The notes beneath the pieces were generated by a model that saw only the letters and a list, made by a program, of their open reading frames with translations, was not told the origin of the DNA and did not search any database. This document shows, piece after piece, positions 58,458 through 64,000 of a stretch of DNA of 64,000 nucleotides. The position numbers were made by a program, and so were the translations under genes. This DNA is from Escherichia coli (GTDB taxonomy: Bacteria > Pseudomonadota > Gammaproteobacteria > Enterobacterales > Enterobacteriaceae), in assembly GCF_045037415.1 (NCBI RefSeq), contig NZ_CP173438.1; one strand, written 5' to 3'. Positions within the stretch are counted from its first letter, which is position 1; each line of letters starts with the position of its first letter.

Positions 58458-59105
58458 ATGACAGCAGAATTTATTATACGACTTATACTTGCGGTAATTG
58501 CCTGTGGCGCTATTGGCATGGAAAGACAAATGCGCGGCAAAGGAGCAGGGTTACGCACACATGTATTAATTGGCATGGGAAGCGCCCTGTTTATGATTGT
58601 TTCGAAATATGGTTTTGCTGACGTGCTGTCTTTAGGTCACGTCGGACTAGACCCCAGCCGTATTGCTGCTCAGGTTGTGACGGGCGTCGGGTTTATCGGT
58701 GCAGGTAACATTCTCGTTCGTAACCAAAATATTGTAGGTCTGACGACGGCAGCGGATATCTGGGTGACCGCCGCCATTGGTATGGTTATTGGCAGCGGTA
58801 TGTACGAACTGGGTATTTATGGTTCAGTGATGACCTTGCTGGTGCTGGAAGTCTTCCATCAATTAACCTTCCGCCTGATGAACAAAAATTACCATTTACA
58901 GCTGACATTAGTGAACGGTAATACGGTATCAATGCTCGACTGGTTTAAGCAGCAAAAAATAAAAACGGATTTAGTTTCGTTGCAGGAAAATGAAGATCAT
59001 GAAGTGGTCGCCATTGATATCCAGCTTCATGCCACGACGTCGATAGAAGATCTGTTGCGATTATTAAAAGGTATGGCAGGGGTGAAAGGCGTTTCAATTA
59101 GCTAA
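58458..59105 (+). CDS. yhiD: MgtC-family inner membrane protein YhiD
   Basis: ORF 58446..59105 trimmed to ATG at 58458 (MTAEFIIRLILAVIACGAIGMERQMRGKGAGLRTHVLIG...), 215 aa. Confidence 0.9.
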   Translation: MTAEFIIRLILAVIACGAIGMERQMRGKGAGLRTHVLIGMGSALFMIVSKYGFADVLSLGHVGLDPSRIAAQVVTGVGFIGAGNILVRNQNIVGLTTAADIWVTAAIGMVIGSGMYELGIYGSVMTLLVLEVFHQLTFRLMNKNYHLQLTLVNGNTVSMLDWFKQQKIKTDLVSLQENEDHEVVAIDIQLHATTSIEDLLRLLKGMAGVKGVSIS

Positions 59106-59125
59106 TCTGTATAGTTATTTATTCG

Positions 59126-59150
59126 CAGGAGTACCAGTGCGGTACTCCTG
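59126..59150. terminator. Hairpin between convergent yhiD and chuV (candidate bidirectional terminator)
   Basis: CAGGAGTACC-AGTGC-GGTACTCCTG perfect inverted repeat in the 51-bp gap between the two stop codons. Confidence 0.5.
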
Positions 59151-59156
59151 TTGGTT

Positions 59157-59927
59157 TTAATGATCGAGGACGATCAGTGGTGAATGGTTGGCAGGATCTT
59201 TAAGTACGGTAATATCCGCGCCGTAGAGCATTGTCAGCGCCTGCTGTGTCAATACGTCCTGCGGCTTACCATTTGCGATAACCTTTCCTTTTTGCATTAA
59301 TACAACACGGTCTGCATAACGCGCGGCAAGATTTAGATCGTGCAATACGCAGCAAACATTGAACTGCCGTTCGTGAACTAACTGGCGTAATAAACGAAAC
59401 AAGTGCTGCTGATGGTGAATATCCAGCGCCGAAGTTGGTTCATCAAGAAATAACCATTTCGGTGAGGGAGTAGGTTCCCAGAGTTGCACCAGCAGGCGCG
59501 CTAATTGCACGCGCTGTTGTTCACCACCGGATAATTGCCGATAGTCGCGGTTTGCTAACGCCTGACAGTCACATAACGCCATTATTTGTGCTGTTTCATT
59601 ATCCTGATTACCAGTACGATGCGGATGCCGCCCCATCTGGATAACTTCTTGTACGCTGAATGGAAACGCCATGTGGCTATTTTGACGCATCACGGCCCGG
59701 TGTTTCGCCAGTTCAGTAATCGACCATTCATTTAATGGCTTATTAAACAACCGACATTCGCCGCTATCAGGTTGAAGATAGCCGGTTAGCTGGCGAAGCA
59801 GCGTAGATTTTCCCGCACCATTAGGGCCGAGGATGGCAACAATTTCCCCACCGGGAAAAGTCAGCGAGACATTATCAGTCAGACGCCGCCCCTGAAGGCT
59901 ATAAACCAGATTCTGGGCGCTGATCAT
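59157..59927 (-). CDS. chuV: Hemin ABC transporter ATP-binding protein ChuV/HmuV
   Basis: ORF 59157..60080 trimmed to ATG at 59927 ([42 protein letters not shown]...), 256 aa, Walker A and LSGGEQQR; ATGA overlap with chuU stop. Confidence 0.9.
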   Translation of the reverse strand: MISAQNLVYSLQGRRLTDNVSLTFPGGEIVAILGPNGAGKSTLLRQLTGYLQPDSGECRLFNKPLNEWSITELAKHRAVMRQNSHMAFPFSVQEVIQMGRHPHRTGNQDNETAQIMALCDCQALANRDYRQLSGGEQQRVQLARLLVQLWEPTPSPKWLFLDEPTSALDIHHQQHLFRLLRQLVHERQFNVCCVLHDLNLAARYADRVVLMQKGKVIANGKPQDVLTQQALTMLYGADITVLKDPANHSPLIVLDH

Positions 59928-60916
59928 GTGATCCTCCGGTTGCGCAGAATCAACCACATAAAATAAGGGCCACCAAGCAGGCTGGTTAATAATCCCACGG
60001 GCATTTCTGCTGGCTGTACCAGCGTGCGGGCAAGCGTGTCTGCCATCAGCAATAAACAGGCTCCGGCGAGGGCGGAACAAGGGATTAGCCAGCGGTGATT
60101 TGCCCCGGTAGTCATGCGAATCAGATGCGGGATCACCAGGCCAATAAAGCCGATAATACCGCTTACCGATACGGCAGCACCAACGAGCAGTGAGCTCACT
60201 AACAGTAATTGCTGGCGTTTACGCTTAACGTTCACGCCGAGGTAGTGGGCTTCTTCATCACCGAGCTGCAGTAAATTCAGCGTTCCGGCGAGACAAGTTG
60301 TTGCGATAATGGCCGGTAGGATGAATGAACTGGCAACCAATAACGTCGGCCATTGCGCCTGTCCAAGATTGCCCATCATCCACAATGTGAGTTGTCGTAG
60401 CTGCTGCTCATCGCCGATATAGCTCAGGATGCCGATCGCTGCGCCGCACAGGGCATTGATGGCGATACCGGCGAGTAATAATTGCATCATGCTGCCATCG
60501 CGATGGCGCTGCGTGATGAGAAAAATGATGGTGCAGACCACTAAACTTCCGGCAATGGCAAACACCATTTGCTCATAGAGCACCAGCACCACTGGGAAGG
60601 AGAAGGGCAGCACAATAGCAACGCCAACCATTAATGCAGAACCGCTACTGACGCCAAGTAATCCAGGGTCAGCCATTGGGTTGCGAAAAAGCCCTTGCAT
60701 AATTACCCCTGCGGTTGCCAACGCTGCACCTACCAGCACCGCCAGCAAAACCCGTGGTAGACGAATATTGAGCCAGATATCGCGGTATTCCTCATCAAAA
60801 AGGGCATCAAAACTGATCTTTAACGCTCCCTGACTGGCACCAAACAGCACCAGAGCTAGCAATAATAGTGATAGCCCCATAAAGACCCTGGCGGAAGAGA
60901 GTGAATCCTTGAGCAC
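59924..60916 (-). CDS. chuU: Hemin ABC transporter permease ChuU/HmuU
   Basis: 330 aa multi-TM FecCD-family permease. Confidence 0.9.
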   Translation of the reverse strand: MLKDSLSSARVFMGLSLLLLALVLFGASQGALKISFDALFDEEYRDIWLNIRLPRVLLAVLVGAALATAGVIMQGLFRNPMADPGLLGVSSGSALMVGVAIVLPFSFPVVLVLYEQMVFAIAGSLVVCTIIFLITQRHRDGSMMQLLLAGIAINALCGAAIGILSYIGDEQQLRQLTLWMMGNLGQAQWPTLLVASSFILPAIIATTCLAGTLNLLQLGDEEAHYLGVNVKRKRQQLLLVSSLLVGAAVSVSGIIGFIGLVIPHLIRMTTGANHRWLIPCSALAGACLLLMADTLARTLVQPAEMPVGLLTSLLGGPYFMWLILRNRRIT

Positions 60917-60964
60917 GCAAAACTCCGTTACGACATTACGGCGCGGACATGCCGCGCCGGGGGA

Positions 60965-61588
60965 TCACGCCGGTTTCAGGTCCGGTTCAATCAGACTGTA
61001 GACCTGCTGGTTAAGTGCTGGCGCATTTGCCAGTTCATGGATATGTGCGGCGACATCAGCACGGTTAACAAAACCATGACACTCCTGATTTTGTATCCGT
61101 TGTGCTTTGCCCGTTGCCGCACCATCAAGCAGACCGCCAGGGCGGAGAATGGCATAATCAAGCTGGCTGGTTTGCAACCAGCTTTCCGCCAGCGTTTTTT
61201 CCCGTACCGCCTGACCAAACGCAGCCTTTGCCCGCTCTGATAAAAACGGCCAGCTATCGCCGCATCCCAAAGAGGTCACCAGAATCATGCGACTGATGCC
61301 AGCCTTCTCGGCCTCATCAATCACTGTTCTGTGCGCCAGATAATCCTGAGCTCCGCCCATTGTTGAGATGATAAGCGCATCCGGGCCAGCTGCGCGGCAA
61401 GCAGCCGCGACTACGCTGGCATCACAGGCGTCGCCTGTAAAAACCTGTACGCCTTGTTGCGCCAGTTTCGTGGCGGCATCGGCATGACGAATGACAGCAA
61501 CGACCGGACGTTGTTCCGCCAGCGCCAGTTCAAGCGTTCTGGCACCCACACCTTTTCCGCCCGCACCAAAGAGTAGCCACGGTGTCAT
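60965..61588 (-). CDS. chuY: NAD(P)H-dependent reductase ChuY (anaerobilin reductase)
   Basis: 207 aa with Rossmann-type N-terminus (MTPWLLFGAGGKGVGARTLELA...); position in chu operon. Confidence 0.8.
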   Translation of the reverse strand: MTPWLLFGAGGKGVGARTLELALAEQRPVVAVIRHADAATKLAQQGVQVFTGDACDASVVAAACRAAGPDALIISTMGGAQDYLAHRTVIDEAEKAGISRMILVTSLGCGDSWPFLSERAKAAFGQAVREKTLAESWLQTSQLDYAILRPGGLLDGAATGKAQRIQNQECHGFVNRADVAAHIHELANAPALNQQVYSLIEPDLKPA

Positions 61589-62082
61589 CAGGCGTGTTCC
61601 TTTAACGATGCTGCCAGAGCATGGAAGGCGCTGACTTGTTCGCTCAGGAGCTGACGATGATCATCCCTACCGAGGAAGATTTTCAGCATTGCGCTGCCTT
61701 CCTTATTGAAAAAGAGAATAGAGGCGGTGTCCATGCCCATAAATTTACGTTCGATCAAGGCAATATGCGTGCAGTTTTCTGCTTTGATATGCCCGGACAT
61801 GCCGTGCTTTCCGCGTAGGTTGAAATAGCCGTGGCGATGGAAACCCGAAGGCAGTTCGCCGCTAAATTCGAGTATTACATCGGTAGTATGTACTAACGTG
61901 GTGACGTTGCCCCATTCGCAGACGGTATCCCAGACAGTATCGAATTTATCACCTGACACAACAGTCGGAGAGGGCAGATTTTTCACTACCTCCAGCAGCG
62001 TGGTGTTGTATTGTTCGGCGATCGCCTCCAGCGTACCGTCTGGCTCCGTTTTCAAAAATTCCTGTAACGAGACATGGCTCAT
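61588..62082 (-). CDS. chuX: Heme utilisation carrier protein ChuX (HutX family)
   Basis: 164 aa (MSHVSLQEFLKTEPDGTLEAIAEQYNTTLLEVVKNLP...); position between chuW and chuY. Confidence 0.8.
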   Translation of the reverse strand: MSHVSLQEFLKTEPDGTLEAIAEQYNTTLLEVVKNLPSPTVVSGDKFDTVWDTVCEWGNVTTLVHTTDVILEFSGELPSGFHRHGYFNLRGKHGMSGHIKAENCTHIALIERKFMGMDTASILFFNKEGSAMLKIFLGRDDHRQLLSEQVSAFHALAASLKEHA

Positions 62083-62094
62083 AAATCACTCCTG

Positions 62095-63432
62095 TTATGG
62101 TTTTTCAAGCGCAATTGCTGGCGCATTAAGTACCTGAATCAGTTCATTAAGAGACTGCAAAATGTTGCTTGCCCAGAAACGACCTTCATTGGTCAACCGC
62201 AGACACGTTGACGCATCGCGGCTTAAGCCTTTTTGGTGCCACTGGGCCAGTAACGGCGCGAGTTTTTCGGCATGTGGCGTAAGTTCGTCCAGCGGTACAC
62301 GCGCCGTTTCAATGCCCGACTGCAAGGTATGACGCCACTGCGCGTTACGTTCGGCGTTACGCATGATCATCATCAGCGGTTTTTTGCCTGCTGCGACGGA
62401 TTCATGCCAGGTCTGAAGATTGCGTTCGTTCATCCAGGAGTAACCATTAATCGAACCGCCGGCTCCGGAACCAAAGGCCAGACAATCGGCACCTTGTTTA
62501 ATCAGCAGGTTATAGAGATTGCGTTCGCGTGTGGTACGGCCCCAGTGGCTGTTACTGATGCAGCGCCAACCGGCATCGTCCATAAAATCACACCCTTGCA
62601 GGTAAAGATCGCGACGTTCTGCCGGAGAGGGCACGGTAGTACGCCCATTTTCCACGGCTTTGCCCAGCGGTGTATTGGGCAGGACATTGAGCGCATAGAG
62701 ATCGACGCCGTCGAGACCGATATCGCGGGCAATAGCCAGATCTTCTCCCCAGGTTTGCGCATCCTGACCCGGCAGACCAAACAGCAGGTCACAGACCACC
62801 GCGGCACGGTCGCGTTTGACCAGGCTTTCCATAAACGCAATAGCGGTTGGGCCATCCGAGGTGCGGGCCATTTTCTTGCGGATTTTGCTGTTAAACGACT
62901 GAATACCAATTGAGAAGCGGTTTGCTCCAGCATCAAGGCAAGCATCGATTCGCTCAGCGTCAAAATTCAGTACCCGGCCTTCGATAGTGATTTCACAATC
63001 AGGGGCCAGTGGCAACTTTTCTCGTAATGTGGTGATGATTCTGGCCAAATCGTGTGCTGAAAGCGCGGAAGGCGTACCGCCACCGAAATAGACCGCGTGG
63101 ATGGGGCCCGACTGATGCAATACGCTGTCTGCTTCCAGTTCTATTTCACGAATCAGGGCGTCGGTATAATGAGCACACACATCTTCATTAAAACGGTTCT
63201 GATAAAAACCACAAAATGTGCAGTGTGTCGCACAAAAAGGAATGTGTAGGTAAACCAGTCGCTTACGTGGTGATACCGTTTGATTGATCATCTCTTGCCA
63301 GGTCTGTACCAGTTGCTCTTTGGCAACCGGAATGGCCCCACGAAACGGCATCATGGCGCGCCTGTCTTTAAAGGGCTGATCACCGTCTAAAGCAAAATGT
63401 GGCGTGAGATCCAGGGTGTTATTTGTGTTCAT
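62095..63432 (-). CDS. chuW: Radical SAM heme-degrading methyltransferase ChuW (HemN-like)
   Basis: 445 aa with radical SAM cysteine motif CATHCTFC (CxxxCxxC). Confidence 0.85.
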   Translation of the reverse strand: MNTNNTLDLTPHFALDGDQPFKDRRAMMPFRGAIPVAKEQLVQTWQEMINQTVSPRKRLVYLHIPFCATHCTFCGFYQNRFNEDVCAHYTDALIREIELEADSVLHQSGPIHAVYFGGGTPSALSAHDLARIITTLREKLPLAPDCEITIEGRVLNFDAERIDACLDAGANRFSIGIQSFNSKIRKKMARTSDGPTAIAFMESLVKRDRAAVVCDLLFGLPGQDAQTWGEDLAIARDIGLDGVDLYALNVLPNTPLGKAVENGRTTVPSPAERRDLYLQGCDFMDDAGWRCISNSHWGRTTRERNLYNLLIKQGADCLAFGSGAGGSINGYSWMNERNLQTWHESVAAGKKPLMMIMRNAERNAQWRHTLQSGIETARVPLDELTPHAEKLAPLLAQWHQKGLSRDASTCLRLTNEGRFWASNILQSLNELIQVLNAPAIALEKP

Positions 63433-63451
63433 TCGTCTGATTTAAATCCAT

Positions 63452-64000
63452 TTATTGCGGCCAAAGCTGCTGGTGTAAAGACTCAACGACATCAGCAATA
63501 CGCGGACCCATTCCCAGAATCAGGTTTTGATCAACGGTGATAATGCGCTGGTTTTTCCATGCGGCAGTGTGGGTAATTCCGGCAATAGAACGTAGCCGAT
63601 TAATATCGCCATCGACCATTTGTGAGGTGACGACAATCACTTCAGGGTTAGCCGCAATCAGCGATTCCGCGCTGTAGCTTTTGTACTGCTGGTGGGTAGC
63701 GACGTTTTCTGCTCCGGCAAGCGAAAGAATGGCGTCCGCGACGCTGCCTTTACCGGCAACCTGTGGCGCACTTCCGCCTGCGGAGAGAATAAACATGGCT
63801 TTAACCGGGGCTTTTTTGGCCGCCACGTTTTGCTGTACTCGCTCCAGGCGTTGGTTGATCTGTGTCACCAGCGCCTCGCCTTGTTCAGGAACCTGTAACG
63901 TTTTTGCCAGTTGGCGAATGTTGGCGTACATCTGCTCAAGGGTGGCTGGTACACGCGGCAGAGTGACGACGTTGACTTTTTGCGCCCGCAGTTGGTCGAG
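63452..64000 (-). CDS. chuT: Periplasmic hemin-binding protein ChuT (partial; 5' end beyond window)
   Basis: The minus-strand frame is open from the stop at 63452 to the window end; C-terminal region ...VTSQMVDGDINRLRSIAGITHTAAWKNQRIITVDQNLILGMGPRIADVVESLHQQLWPQ. The track's start at 63931 is an internal Met. Confidence 0.8.
   Translation of the reverse strand, partial: LDQLRAQKVNVVTLPRVPATLEQMYANIRQLAKTLQVPEQGEALVTQINQRLERVQQNVAAKKAPVKAMFILSAGGSAPQVAGKGSVADAILSLAGAENVATHQQYKSYSAESLIAANPEVIVVTSQMVDGDINRLRSIAGITHTAAWKNQRIITVDQNLILGMGPRIADVVESLHQQLWPQ

Larger units (their letters stand above)
59106..64000. other. chu/shu heme uptake and utilisation gene island (chuTWXYUV operon; continues beyond window end)
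   Basis: Six consecutive minus-strand genes recognised as ChuV, ChuU, ChuY, ChuX, ChuW and ChuT, directly abutting yhiD where K-12 has dctR instead. Confidence 0.8.

Overview
This window reads as a well-characterised Escherichia coli chromosomal segment (the K-12 3.65-3.71 Mb neighbourhood, in reverse orientation), and I found no convincing evidence of an undescribed biological system. Gene order is tag(partial)-yhjY-yhjX-eptB-proK(tRNA-Pro)-dppABCDF-yhjV-[ldr/rdl x3]-bcsGFE / bcsRQABZC-pdeK-dctA-yhjJ-kdgK-pdeH-yhjG-yhjE-yhjD-yhjC-yhjB-treF-ccp-gadA-gadX-gadY-gadW-mdtFE-gadE-hdeD-hdeAB-yhiD, followed by a chu heme-utilisation island (chuVUYXW, chuT partial). Three things mark the strain as non-K-12: the chu island next to yhiD, an intact bcsQ reading frame, and three tandem ldr/rdl toxin-antitoxin units where K-12 has one. 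Gene identities come from my recognition of the translated ORFs, with no database search run. Many ORF-track entries start at upstream in-frame GTG/TTG/ATG codons; I trimmed them to the start matching the known protein N-terminus. Coordinates placed by hand (RNAs, terminators, binding sites, repeats) are approximate to about +/-2 nt. The most checkable leads are the ldr/rdl triplication and two unannotated small-ORF candidates.
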